A stretch of 62,786 nt of DNA from a virus: positions 1 to 62,786 of IMG/VR virus record IMGVR_UViG_3300036975_000025. One strand, 5' to 3'. Within the stretch, counting starts at the first letter, position 1, and each line of letters begins with the position of its first letter. A model generated the notes under the pieces. That model had not been told where the DNA came from. It made no database searches and saw only the letters and a list, made by a program, of their open reading frames with translations. Both the position numbers and the translations under genes were made by a program. Positions 1-8,312 of this stretch are shown here, piece after piece.

Positions 1-127
1 AAATAAGCAGACTTGCTGTTTTAATCAATAGAATTGCCTTGAGAATAGACCCAAATGGAGATGATAAAGTGTGAAGCCCTGAAAGGAGGAGATCGTGAGT
101 GATGACATCCGCATTATCGCTGAGGGC
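1..127. repeat. Exact 127-bp terminal direct repeat, copy 1 (= 62660..62786)
   Basis: 1..127 is identical base by base to 62660..62786. It carries the 3' end of CDS 62344..62733 and the 5' end of CDS 95..529, so the window closes into a 62,659-bp circle. Confidence 0.95.
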
Positions 128-529
128 ATGCACAACTACATGGGCCTGTGTCCTGACGGCTTGAATGGGCCAAATTCGCGTGATCCTGACTGTCCTGTCT
201 GCCAAGCGTTAAACAGGGTAGAGAAACGCATCCGCACCCTGGAGGCCGAATTGAATCGACTACTGTCCAAGGTCCACCCTGACAGTAAACTATCTCCCGA
301 GGTGAGCATTCAAGACACCGTGACGATGGCCTGCGCCATGATTGATGCGCTGAAAGAAGGACTCCAACGTAGGAAATCCCGCCTTGCCCGGATGCGGCGG
401 GATGTGGTGGGGGTGATGAGCTTTATAGATAACCGCAGAAAATTTATTCTAGTTGGACCTAAAGCGCTCATTGGTTCAATTTACAACGAACTCCGCGCCA
501 TCGTGCGGGAGGAGGGAGAAGGCAGATGA
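95..529 (+). CDS. Hypothetical early protein (144 aa)
   Basis: GTG start preceded by AAAGGAGGAG. Cys pairs (CPDG..CPVC) are followed by a coiled-coil-like segment. The stop overlaps the next start (ATGA). Confidence 0.6.
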   Translation: MSDDIRIIAEGMHNYMGLCPDGLNGPNSRDPDCPVCQALNRVEKRIRTLEAELNRLLSKVHPDSKLSPEVSIQDTVTMACAMIDALKEGLQRRKSRLARMRRDVVGVMSFIDNRRKFILVGPKALIGSIYNELRAIVREEGEGR

Positions 530-732
530 ACGAACACGAAAAGGCATGTGAATTTGAGGCCCTTATTTGTGAAGTCCAATCGGTGGCGACAATCGTTGAA
601 GCAATGAAAACCAAAAACCGAGAACGTGAATTTATGGAGAAAAAACCCTTATTTAATTTCGCAGACTTCGATGCAGCATCTAAAAAGATGATTGAATTTG
701 CAGCTAAATTCCGAGATTTAGCAAAGCGCTAA
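526..732 (+). CDS. Hypothetical small protein (68 aa)
   Basis: ATGA start/stop overlap with the upstream ORF; part of a same-strand gene chain. Confidence 0.55.
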   Translation: MNEHEKACEFEALICEVQSVATIVEAMKTKNREREFMEKKPLFNFADFDAASKKMIEFAAKFRDLAKR

Positions 733-751
733 GTGCGGAAGGAGGGGTAGG

Positions 752-1081
752 ATGGAAACCTGGAAAAGATATCGAAAAACAGCAACCCAAGAAATGCGGG
801 ATTACGTTCCCGGTGAAGACCTTTCGGGGGTCTCCGTGGCTCCCGGTGAAACGCCGAAAAAAGGTGGGAAAATCGCCAGAGATGCACAAGGAAGCCACTG
901 GTATGTCTCCCCGGAGTTCATGGCCGAAAATTATGTTGAAGACGATAACATCACAACGACACGCGCACAAAAGTTCGTACGCCACATTGCGGGACATCTG
1001 TCCCGTGGACAAAAGGTGATTTGCAAAATTTGCGGGAAAACTATTGACGAAATTGTTGAAGAAAGGGAAGAAGATGAATGA
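752..1081 (+). CDS. Hypothetical protein (109 aa)
   Basis: GGAAGGAGGGG RBS upstream of the ATG; C-terminal CxxC (CKIC) and an acidic tail. Confidence 0.6.
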   Translation: METWKRYRKTATQEMRDYVPGEDLSGVSVAPGETPKKGGKIARDAQGSHWYVSPEFMAENYVEDDNITTTRAQKFVRHIAGHLSRGQKVICKICGKTIDEIVEEREEDE

Positions 1082-1121
1082 ATACCCAAATCCATGTTGA
1101 TGATATAGGGGGAGGTCAAAA

Positions 1122-1472
1122 ATGACATACAAAGATCAACTTGATAAACACATAGCCCGTGATGATCGCGATAACATCTGTCAGATGGGTGACTTGATTT
1201 TGAGTGGAAACAAACAGTGCTATTCATCGGATGCGGTGCGGCGGAAAGTCCATGAGATGAAGAACGAGCTCACCTCCCTCCGCGCCGAACATGACGCGCT
1301 CAAGGCCAAGGTGGAGAGGGTGGAAGGGTTGAGAAGCCTGATTGTTGATGTATTAAACGCGTGGGATGACTTACCGAATGATGAGAAAATGGCCCCGGAG
1401 CTTGAGAGGCTTAGTAACGCATTGTATGCAGTGCATGTATATTTTGATCCTGACGGAGATGATAAATTTTAG
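1122..1472 (+). CDS. Hypothetical protein; C-terminal module paralogous to 62344..62733
   Basis: GGGGGAGG RBS. The C-terminus ...LNAWDDLPNDEK...DPDGDDKF matches ...LDAWDDLPNDVK...DPNGDDKV of 62344..62733. Confidence 0.65.
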   Translation: MTYKDQLDKHIARDDRDNICQMGDLILSGNKQCYSSDAVRRKVHEMKNELTSLRAEHDALKAKVERVEGLRSLIVDVLNAWDDLPNDEKMAPELERLSNALYAVHVYFDPDGDDKF

Positions 1473-1489
1473 CCTGAAAGGAGAGTGAG

Positions 1490-1711
1490 ATGGAACAAAG
1501 GATTTGTGTTCGCGTTGCAGTTTCTAACATGGAACACGCTCGTAGAATTCGCAGGGATATTCTTGAGATCGTCAGGCAAAGAACAACCATTTACCATGTT
1601 GGAAACCCTCACGATAACCCAAAGACAATAGAAGAAATCAGTGCGTTTTCGCCCTCCGGCGCGAAGGCTAATCGGTCCTTGAGGGAATTGCTCCCGCATG
1701 AGATTGATTGA
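1490..1711 (+). CDS. Hypothetical small basic protein (73 aa)
   Basis: AAAGGAG RBS 7 nt upstream; lies in the plus-strand chain. Confidence 0.5.
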   Translation: MEQRICVRVAVSNMEHARRIRRDILEIVRQRTTIYHVGNPHDNPKTIEEISAFSPSGAKANRSLRELLPHEID

Positions 1712-1750
1712 TCAATACTAAAGCCGCCCTCCGGGGCGAGGAGGAGTGAT

Positions 1751-2005
1751 ATGGAAATACCCGATCCGAAAGCAAAGCGTGGAGAAACTGTAATAGTCCA
1801 TAATTATAGATCAAAGCCAAAAGACGGCTCTGAATTATGGGAAGAGGGCGTTGTTAGGTTTCTTGCTTACGAGTGTCGTTATGGTTCTGATTTTTATTGG
1901 ACGTATGAAATTGCATTAAAACGGCGTTCTATTAAAGGGAATATCATTTTCCTCTATGTCGGGGACGATAAAATAGCCGCACGCCGGGGCGAGGAGGAGC
2001 CATGA
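1751..2005 (+). CDS. Hypothetical protein (84 aa)
   Basis: GAGGAGGAG RBS; the stop overlaps the next start. Confidence 0.55.
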   Translation: MEIPDPKAKRGETVIVHNYRSKPKDGSELWEEGVVRFLAYECRYGSDFYWTYEIALKRRSIKGNIIFLYVGDDKIAARRGEEEP

Positions 2006-2205
2006 TGGTTAAGAAGTGCGATAATTGCCGATATTGGTCAGAAATGATTGCTGAGTCAATAGGATGCGGCCCAATAAAGGCGCTTTGCTTGTCAGACGAA
2101 AGCCCACATAAGGGGAAAATGACTACCTCAAATCAAACATGCGATGCGTGGGGAGAGGCCACCATGGGAACAGTAGATGATTTTGAGATAATGCCAAACT
2201 ATTAA
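2002..2205 (+). CDS. Hypothetical Cys-rich protein (67 aa)
   Basis: ATGATG overlap with the upstream stop; CDNC...C...C...C pattern. Confidence 0.55.
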   Translation: MMVKKCDNCRYWSEMIAESIGCGPIKALCLSDESPHKGKMTTSNQTCDAWGEATMGTVDDFEIMPNY

Positions 2206-2216
2206 AAGGAGGCCCC

Positions 2217-2663
2217 ATGAAATACCTACTCTTAGCATTCCTGCTCCTGCTCCTGCTCCCGGTATCGGGATGGGGTGGAGAAATCCATTACAAAGCATGG
2301 AGAGATGGAGGCCCAGCACCTTGGGAATATGAAACACATTTTATTATCTCTCGTTACATGGAGGACAATGTTGTCTTCAACGTGCAGGGTGCATCTTCGG
2401 GAGAAATCCGAATAGAGCACTGGCTTAAAGGAGCGGAACCTTGCGGGGGAGATTCAAAACCCTACCAAATCCGCACCATCCCTGCCGATGAGTGCAATGA
2501 ATTCCTGCGGGAATATCCTGAGTGGGAGCCGTATGATACCACTTGGTTTCCGTCGCAAGACTTCTTGGATAAGATTCGTTCAGGGGAAACCTTGTTTTAT
2601 ACAGGAGGCCCAATGAAAGGCTGGTTTGGGTTTATACACCTACGCCGCCGCTTGGAGGAATAG
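2217..2663 (+). CDS. Secreted hypothetical protein (148 aa)
   Basis: AAAGGAGG RBS; N-terminal signal peptide MKYLLLAFLLLLLLPVSGWG. Confidence 0.6.
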   Translation: MKYLLLAFLLLLLLPVSGWGGEIHYKAWRDGGPAPWEYETHFIISRYMEDNVVFNVQGASSGEIRIEHWLKGAEPCGGDSKPYQIRTIPADECNEFLREYPEWEPYDTTWFPSQDFLDKIRSGETLFYTGGPMKGWFGFIHLRRRLEE

Positions 2664-2717
2664 TTTCCTGGGCAGGAAAACCGGGGGAAGTAGGAAAACC
2701 GTAGAGGGGAGGGGAAA

Positions 2718-2996
2718 ATGAGAATTAGAGGATATGCGTTTCAGGAAGATGAAAAAGAAAGGCAGAAACAATTCAGAGAACAATATAAAAAGATTAAACA
2801 CCTTGGAAAAGAGATTACTATCCAAAAACAACCGAGATATGGTCATACAGTTTTCAGGGGAAGTCTAGATACCCCAGAAGCTCAAAAATTGAGTTGCCTG
2901 GAAATTGCTTTAATTGCAGATCATGGAAACCTGTGTTTTGGAGGGCAGTGTACAAAAACAGGGAATACTTTCTACGGATTGTATTGGGTAGACTAA
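2718..2996 (+). CDS. Hypothetical protein (92 aa)
   Basis: GGGGAGGGG RBS upstream of the ATG. Confidence 0.5.
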   Translation: MRIRGYAFQEDEKERQKQFREQYKKIKHLGKEITIQKQPRYGHTVFRGSLDTPEAQKLSCLEIALIADHGNLCFGGQCTKTGNTFYGLYWVD

Positions 2997-3036
2997 ATCT
3001 CCTGCATCGCCTTGAACAGCATCCATGGAGGGGAAA

Positions 3037-3306
3037 ATGGCTACAAAAACACTAGACGTTACAATTACCGTGGAAGTGACAATAGACGAAACTAAATTCA
3101 CCTCAAAATTCATGGAAGAATTCAATCGGCATTTTTTTCAAGCAGATATAGATGAACATTTCAAAAACATTGCTCACGGTGAAGCGATGGGCTTGATTTC
3201 CGGTTTTGGTGAAAATAGGTTCCTGGAGGGCTATGGAAAACTTTCAGACATGGGGATTTCAACCGTTGTTGTAGATGAAGAAGTTGAGCCTGCCGTGGGT
3301 TATTAA
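3037..3306 (+). CDS. Hypothetical acidic protein (89 aa)
   Basis: The second in-frame ATG is preferred because GGAGGGG lies just upstream (the track ORF starts at 3025). This is the last gene of the plus arm. Confidence 0.5.
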   Translation: MATKTLDVTITVEVTIDETKFTSKFMEEFNRHFFQADIDEHFKNIAHGEAMGLISGFGENRFLEGYGKLSDMGISTVVVDEEVEPAVGY

Positions 3307-3328
3307 ATGCTTTGAACAGCATCCAACA

Positions 3329-4543
3329 TCACACCCATGCAGTCAAAATCCCCTGCTCGTCTGGTGCCAGAACAGCCGGGTCCGCAAGGTTGAGGGTTGT
3401 GCGGCGGTTAATCCCGTGGACCGGATGGAAGTAAAATATTTCCTGGCTCGGTAAGCTTTGCCGCCGCATTTTGTTCACGCTCAGGTCATCCCCACCCTTC
3501 AGAGAACCGTTCATCAAGATAGAGCCCCCAAGATTTCCGGGCGTGTGGTGATGCCCCACGAGCTCGTAGTGCACCACATGGCCGTACAGGGTGGAAAGCC
3601 TCTGGAACTCCCGTTCACGGCCATAGTAGGGGATTCCTGCCCAGCTCTGCGCCGCATCCCCGTGGGTTAGAGCAAAGAGGTAGTCCCCTTGTTCGACCAG
3701 CATCGTGGGGGACTCCGAAACGTACACCGCGATATTTTTTTGCTGAGCTACAGCGGCCTTCAGGCTTCGATAGAAGATGTAATCAAAATTTGTCCGCTGA
3801 TGATTCGCCCCTTTTCTTCCCGGCCGGCCGTGGTTCCCGGGCACACAGAAGACCTCCACTTGGGGGAAGACTGCGGCCAGGGCCAGGAGCGCGTTGCTCT
3901 CCACCTCTACCGACTTGAAGAGTTGATCGGTAAGCGACAGGTCCAGGTAGAACGGTTGCCCCTCGTAAATTCCTTCCCCTGTGACCTGGTCGCCAAGATG
4001 GTAGAGGACGAGCTTGTGGAGTCCGAGGTTTGCATCCTGCCGTTTAAAAAGAATCACCTTCTCGGTCCACGTCTGCACCCGCTCGACATAGTCCTCTTTG
4101 CTGTACCGGGCCAACCCCTGCACCCAACGCTGGTCCGTGTAGTCACCCACATGGGCGTCGGAACGGATAGAATGGAACTCCAGGTTTTCCTTGGTCTTGG
4201 ATTTGGCAGGAATCTTGACGGGTCGAAATGAGCATTGCTGAATGGCAGCGAGGCAGTTGTCGATGAAGGCTTGGGTGCGGTCCCGTTCCTTTTCAAGCTG
4301 TTTGAGGATGCGCTGATTCTGGTCAACAAGCTGACTTCGAGCGGTATCGGAGAATTCAGGGATGGCTCGGTTTTTCGCTTCAGACCATGAACCAAAATGC
4401 CGTTCAAGCGTGCTTCGGGCGGGACGGCCTTCAGAGGGTAGTCGGTCATAACTGTTGGCGGGAAGGTCCTGGCCGTGTTCCAAAAGAACTTGGCGCAGCG
4501 CTTCTAAGGCCCCCTCTTCCGTCCACTGAACTTTGCCACTCAT
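3329..4543 (-). CDS. Calcineurin-like metallophosphoesterase with N-terminal homing-endonuclease-associated repeat
   Basis: Motifs HLGDQ, VPGNHG, ALTHGD and VGHHHTPG. The N-terminus W..E....L........P....Y.....RP....L...FGSW..AK resembles the HNH-associated repeat. GGAGGG RBS. Confidence 0.75.
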   Translation of the reverse strand: MSGKVQWTEEGALEALRQVLLEHGQDLPANSYDRLPSEGRPARSTLERHFGSWSEAKNRAIPEFSDTARSQLVDQNQRILKQLEKERDRTQAFIDNCLAAIQQCSFRPVKIPAKSKTKENLEFHSIRSDAHVGDYTDQRWVQGLARYSKEDYVERVQTWTEKVILFKRQDANLGLHKLVLYHLGDQVTGEGIYEGQPFYLDLSLTDQLFKSVEVESNALLALAAVFPQVEVFCVPGNHGRPGRKGANHQRTNFDYIFYRSLKAAVAQQKNIAVYVSESPTMLVEQGDYLFALTHGDAAQSWAGIPYYGREREFQRLSTLYGHVVHYELVGHHHTPGNLGGSILMNGSLKGGDDLSVNKMRRQSLPSQEIFYFHPVHGINRRTTLNLADPAVLAPDEQGILTAWV

Positions 4544-4565
4544 GAACCCTCCATGCTACAGGTTG

Positions 4566-4724
4566 TTATTTGCCGTTCATTCCGAGCCTACGGACAAGGA
4601 CCGCCAAGGCCCCGATCCCGGTTCCCGTAGCCGTCTCGAGACCGAGCCACATCGCCATCCCCGTAAGGATAGCGATAGCGGCTACAGCGATCTCGTCAGA
4701 CCATGAATGGTCGGTCCAGGCCAT
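4566..4724 (-). CDS. Small membrane protein (52 aa, below track threshold)
   Basis: My translation is MAWTDHSWSDEIAVAAIAILTGMAMWLGLETATGTGIGALAVLVRRLGMNGK. The start overlaps the upstream stop (TAATG). Confidence 0.45.
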   Translation of the reverse strand: MAWTDHSWSDEIAVAAIAILTGMAMWLGLETATGTGIGALAVLVRRLGMNGK

Positions 4725-5014
4725 TACTCGTCGTCCTCTTCGTACCTTTCTCTCTGCTCCGCTTCTATTTGCTCCGCGTTCAGCACTTCAAACTCGAGAG
4801 TCTTAACTCGAAAGTGCGTGCCGCATCCGAAGAGAGTCAGGTTGATAGAGTCCTTGCACAGATCGTCCAGGTCTGCAATTTCGGACATAGTGATATCTTC
4901 CCCACCGTCCGAGTCTGCTTCCGTGGATTCTTCGTGCCAATCCATCAAATTACTTCCAAGCTCAATGGATCCTTTCACCAATGCCCGAATGTCTTTCAGT
5001 CCGATCATTCCCAT
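4724..5014 (-). CDS. Highly acidic hypothetical protein (96 aa)
   Basis: AAGGAG RBS; D/E-rich throughout. Confidence 0.5.
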   Translation of the reverse strand: MGMIGLKDIRALVKGSIELGSNLMDWHEESTEADSDGGEDITMSEIADLDDLCKDSINLTLFGCGTHFRVKTLEFEVLNAEQIEAEQRERYEEDDE

Positions 5015-5016
5015 TT

Positions 5017-5583
5017 TTATTCTCCTTCATTTTTGCTAAAGGTTGCGATTTCTTCAGGCCTTGCCAAATACTCCACCCACTTCACAAGATCCCCCGGTGT
5101 CGGGGCCTTGATCATATTGCTAGACTTGGGGATCACCCCTCCGAACTCCCACGCGAACCACACCCATTCAGAACAGAAGTACCGCCGCGCATCCCGGTTG
5201 ACCCGGCCAAAGATGTTCCCGAAGAGACCCTCGTAATCGTACCCTTCCGTGGTTGCGCATTCGGTCAATGCGAACTCCAGAATCTTTAGCCGTTGCCGCT
5301 TAGATGCCCCCATGCCTAGATGAAAAATCCGCCCGTTATAGCCCCTAATCACGTCACTGAGCAGCCGTAGCTTGAGTCCATGGGAAAGGGCTTCTACTAA
5401 GAATACACGTCCCCCTAGGTCGCTATAACGCCGTAATCGAATCACTAGGGCCGCATGGCTCATGTCCGACCAATGCCGAATCATGCGGGAGATGATCCCG
5501 TTCCCTTGGAAGAGAATGGCGTCCCCCGTGTGGATCTCGGGGCGTATTTTAGAATAGGGTCTCATGTCTTCGGCCATATCCAT
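5017..5583 (-). CDS. Permuted papain-like (YiiX/C92, NlpC/P60 superfamily) hydrolase; endolysin candidate
   Basis: HTGDAILF...MSHAALVI...FCSEWVW, with the His block before the Cys block, as in the YaeF/YiiX family. Flanked by small TM ORFs. Confidence 0.55.
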   Translation of the reverse strand: MDMAEDMRPYSKIRPEIHTGDAILFQGNGIISRMIRHWSDMSHAALVIRLRRYSDLGGRVFLVEALSHGLKLRLLSDVIRGYNGRIFHLGMGASKRQRLKILEFALTECATTEGYDYEGLFGNIFGRVNRDARRYFCSEWVWFAWEFGGVIPKSSNMIKAPTPGDLVKWVEYLARPEEIATFSKNEGE

Positions 5584-5708
5584 CGAATGAGTTTAGGGAA
5601 CATGCGCGGCCACAGGTACACGACCAATAACACCAGGGCCGTGCAGGAGAGCCCCAGGAATGCCCACAGAAGAATTTCATGTAGGTATATGGGGAGAAGG
5701 GCAAGCAT
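5562..5708 (-). CDS. Small hydrophobic protein, holin-like (48 aa, below track threshold)
   Basis: My translation is MLALLPIYLHEILLWAFLGLSCTALVLLVVYLWPRMFPKLIRWIWPKT. TAATG overlap with the upstream gene; overlaps the start of the hydrolase gene. Confidence 0.4.
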   Translation of the reverse strand: MLALLPIYLHEILLWAFLGLSCTALVLLVVYLWPRMFPKLIRWIWPKT

Positions 5709-6598
5709 TAGTATTGAATCACCTCGTCAAGCAGAGCCTTTTCAATCTCAGGATCTACAGGGTAGAGGTAGCCGGTAGCCCATCCAATGCTCTTTGCCTG
5801 CGCGCCATTCATCCAGTATTCCTGATCCCTCAATTTCTGGGCAAACGCTTCCTTGGTCATCCCCACCCTTTTTGCAAGCCATGAATTAATCGTGTCCTGG
5901 AAATGATTGAGAAGTTTCGTTTTTTTCTTGCTGTCCGTTGGGGTGGAAATCTCAAAGAATGTGAACGTAGCCAATTCGTGCATCATCAGTTCAACCGTGG
6001 GGGACATAAGCCTTTTATCAGCCGCACAAAAGATGATGAATGCAGCGCTCGCAGCAATAGACCGCACCTGAGTCGTTACGTCAAAGCCCATGGCCTTATA
6101 CTGCTCAATAACTGTAACCACTTTCCATCCACTAAAAATGGACCCGCCAGGTGATTCTATGTCGATAATGATTCGTCGAATGCCGTGCCGAGCAAGATAC
6201 CGGAGTGCATCTTCTAGAAGCACCGGGGTCGCTTCACGAATGCCAATGTTTAAAGTAAAGAATCCGTACTTACCCTGATCGTCTTCATAAACCTTTAGGA
6301 GAGCAGGATAGTCAAATTGGTCGTGGGGATCGGTTTCCTTAATCTTCTTGAAGTCACGGCCTCGACAATGGCACCACAGGCATTTGTCCTGATCGGTCAT
6401 TGTGGTGAACGGACAACGGGCAACGCCTTCGTCTTCAGATTCCTCATCCCCCGAAGAGGCCGAAACTTCTGCCCGTGCTTCCGGTTCCGCCCACACCATG
6501 CTAGGTAAAATGGACAATGACACAATTAGGGCAAGGATAATCGCCAAGATTGGCACACTCCACAAAAGGCTAATGTTGCTATACTTTCGGTATTTCAT
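5708..6598 (-). CDS. Membrane-anchored/secreted S49 (SppA) / ClpP-fold serine peptidase
   Basis: IIIDIESPGGSIFSG...SIAASAAFIIFCAADKR...MMHE are ClpP/S49-type blocks. N-terminus MKYRKYSNISLLWSVPILAIILALIVSLSILPSMVWA/EPE. ATGA-coupled start at 6598 with a GGAAGGGAGAG RBS. Confidence 0.75.
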   Translation of the reverse strand: MKYRKYSNISLLWSVPILAIILALIVSLSILPSMVWAEPEARAEVSASSGDEESEDEGVARCPFTTMTDQDKCLWCHCRGRDFKKIKETDPHDQFDYPALLKVYEDDQGKYGFFTLNIGIREATPVLLEDALRYLARHGIRRIIIDIESPGGSIFSGWKVVTVIEQYKAMGFDVTTQVRSIAASAAFIIFCAADKRLMSPTVELMMHELATFTFFEISTPTDSKKKTKLLNHFQDTINSWLAKRVGMTKEAFAQKLRDQEYWMNGAQAKSIGWATGYLYPVDPEIEKALLDEVIQY

Positions 6599-6771
6599 GG
6601 CTTCTCTCCCTTCCATTCGGCCAATACGGTAATCTCATGGGTAGCTTTTTCCAGAATGCGGATGGCTTGAGTGATGCGGATCATGTCAGGGTCGTGGGAG
6701 CGAGCAATTTTTTCTAGGCAGACAGAAGCGTTGCGACAAGTGTGTTGGATTTCGCTATCTAGGCTCTTCAT
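6595..6771 (-). CDS. Hypothetical small protein (58 aa)
   Basis: Internal ATG (MKSLDSEIQH...) chosen over the track start at 6819. The stop is coupled (ATGA) to the peptidase gene. Confidence 0.35.
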   Translation of the reverse strand: MKSLDSEIQHTCRNASVCLEKIARSHDPDMIRITQAIRILEKATHEITVLAEWKGEKP

Positions 6772-6925
6772 GGATGCCACCCCTTGTCCCGGCAGTGGTC
6801 GTCGGGGCGTTTTCATCAATCAACATCCCAGAAACTGTATGCGTATAAACGTATTGAATGACATCGTATCTATCAATAATATAGAACAGCGCAGCAAATA
6901 GTATAATAACAATTAGTGTTCTCAT
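6755..6925 (-). CDS. Small membrane protein (56 aa, below track threshold)
   Basis: My translation is MRTLIVIILFAALFYIIDRYDVIQYV...; ATGA overlap with the upstream stop. Confidence 0.4.
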   Translation of the reverse strand: MRTLIVIILFAALFYIIDRYDVIQYVYTHTVSGMLIDENAPTTTAGTRGGIHEEPR

Positions 6926-7260
6926 GATACCATGTTCAGAACAATTTTTCTAAGTTCTCTAATATCTTGCCTTAATTGGTCGTACTGGTCTTTTATTTGG
7001 CTCTCCATTCCTTCCTGCTTTGTTTCAATTGTTGATATCCGACCGTTTAACTCTCTTTTCTGGATATAATGCTCATCACAAAATCGCCGTACCGCTGCTT
7101 CATCCATTACACTTGTCATAGGACAATCCATGGGAGGAGGTGAAGACGTCTTTTTACCTAAGTTTTCAAAAAGAATGTGAGGATTTTGCAAAATATAGAA
7201 CAAAAAAACGACAACCATAAGAGCAGTGGTAATCTTAACACCAGCAAATAAGTCGAACAT
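6922..7260 (-). CDS. Membrane-anchored coiled-coil protein (112 aa)
   Basis: Start at MFDLFAGVKITTALMVVVFLFYIL (AGGAG RBS); C-terminal heptad-like segment. Confidence 0.5.
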   Translation of the reverse strand: MFDLFAGVKITTALMVVVFLFYILQNPHILFENLGKKTSSPPPMDCPMTSVMDEAAVRRFCDEHYIQKRELNGRISTIETKQEGMESQIKDQYDQLRQDIRELRKIVLNMVS

Positions 7261-7475
7261 GTCAACTCCTATTAAGAAAGTGTGCGCCCCCGCCAACCGC
7301 CGCACGGAACGTGACGGGAAGTCTTGGCCTCACAGTCCTTATTTCCGGGCTTGGCGTGATCCGTGCCGTTTCGACCCCGTGCATACCCTGCGAAGAACGC
7401 ATGCTTTTCCTTCACGACGCACAAAAATGAGGGTGCCCCTGTCCTACCTTGGGTCCGTTGACCCTACTATTTACG

Positions 7476-8312
7476 CTACCTGCGGCTCCGTGTCCTTCGA
7501 TTGACGCGGGAACGGGGACCGGCGCCCTTCGATGCTTTCTTGATTGTCACGGTGTAGCCGGAGGCATCATCGAAATCGAATCCAGCATCAATGGATTTCC
7601 ACGCAACATAAATCCCTTTTGCTCCACACGTATCAACGCTACTTGCGACAAAATTCTTAAAATTAATAATTTCACCATTTACATTAATGTCAGTATAAAT
7701 TCCTAAACGAGCGCCAACCACATCAGCCAATGCCGTTTGATAAGAGGCTCTATCTATATAGGCAGCAGTTGTCGCCGCAAGATCCTTAGTAGTAGTGCCA
7801 AACGCGCTACCCGCACCTCCAGACCAGTAAAAACCCGCGTTGTCACCCCCTGAAGTCCCTTGCTCTATTGAAAGATAACTTACATACGGAACGTGTTTTT
7901 CAACATTCCCCGTCTTAAATGACCCTTGTGAGGACGCGGTTCTGGTTAGTTCATAATGGTCTACATTAAAAGCCAACGTTGCATCAAAGGAGGTCCAGTC
8001 TCCTGTATTATCCGCAGAGCAATCGTCTTGTGCGATTATCGTTTCGTTTGTCGTTCCACTCCCCTTTACTCCACCATCTCCTTTGGCTATATTGCCACTG
8101 GCATCTATGACTTCAATAATGTAATCCCCGGTTGTCCCGCTTCCATAGTCCGTTCCTACGTCCCGACCGTCCGGGAACCAAATAAAGCCGTTCGTAGAGG
8201 TATAATTAGCAACCAAACAACAGGTCGAAAAGGAGGTTGTACCCGATGCTGCCCAAGCAAGGGAAGGGGAAAGAAGGGCGAGTATAAAGACAATTATGTA
8301 GAGGCGCTTCAT
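7476..8312 (-). CDS. Secreted late protein (278 aa), Gly/Thr/Ser-rich
   Basis: Signal peptide MKRLYIIVFILALLSPSLAWA/ASG. The start overlaps the end of the open frame 8309..8530. Confidence 0.6.
   Translation of the reverse strand: MKRLYIIVFILALLSPSLAWAASGTTSFSTCCLVANYTSTNGFIWFPDGRDVGTDYGSGTTGDYIIEVIDASGNIAKGDGGVKGSGTTNETIIAQDDCSADNTGDWTSFDATLAFNVDHYELTRTASSQGSFKTGNVEKHVPYVSYLSIEQGTSGGDNAGFYWSGGAGSAFGTTTKDLAATTAAYIDRASYQTALADVVGARLGIYTDINVNGEIINFKNFVASSVDTCGAKGIYVAWKSIDAGFDFDDASGYTVTIKKASKGAGPRSRVNRRTRSRR

Noticed and set aside
3307-3328. Bidirectional terminator where the two arms converge (ATGCT-TTGAAC-AGCAT)
   Set aside because: It has only a 5-bp stem with no flanking U/A tracts on either strand. 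A near-identical TTGAACAGCATCCA string at 3011..3024 is not in a terminator context. The evidence is too weak to annotate.
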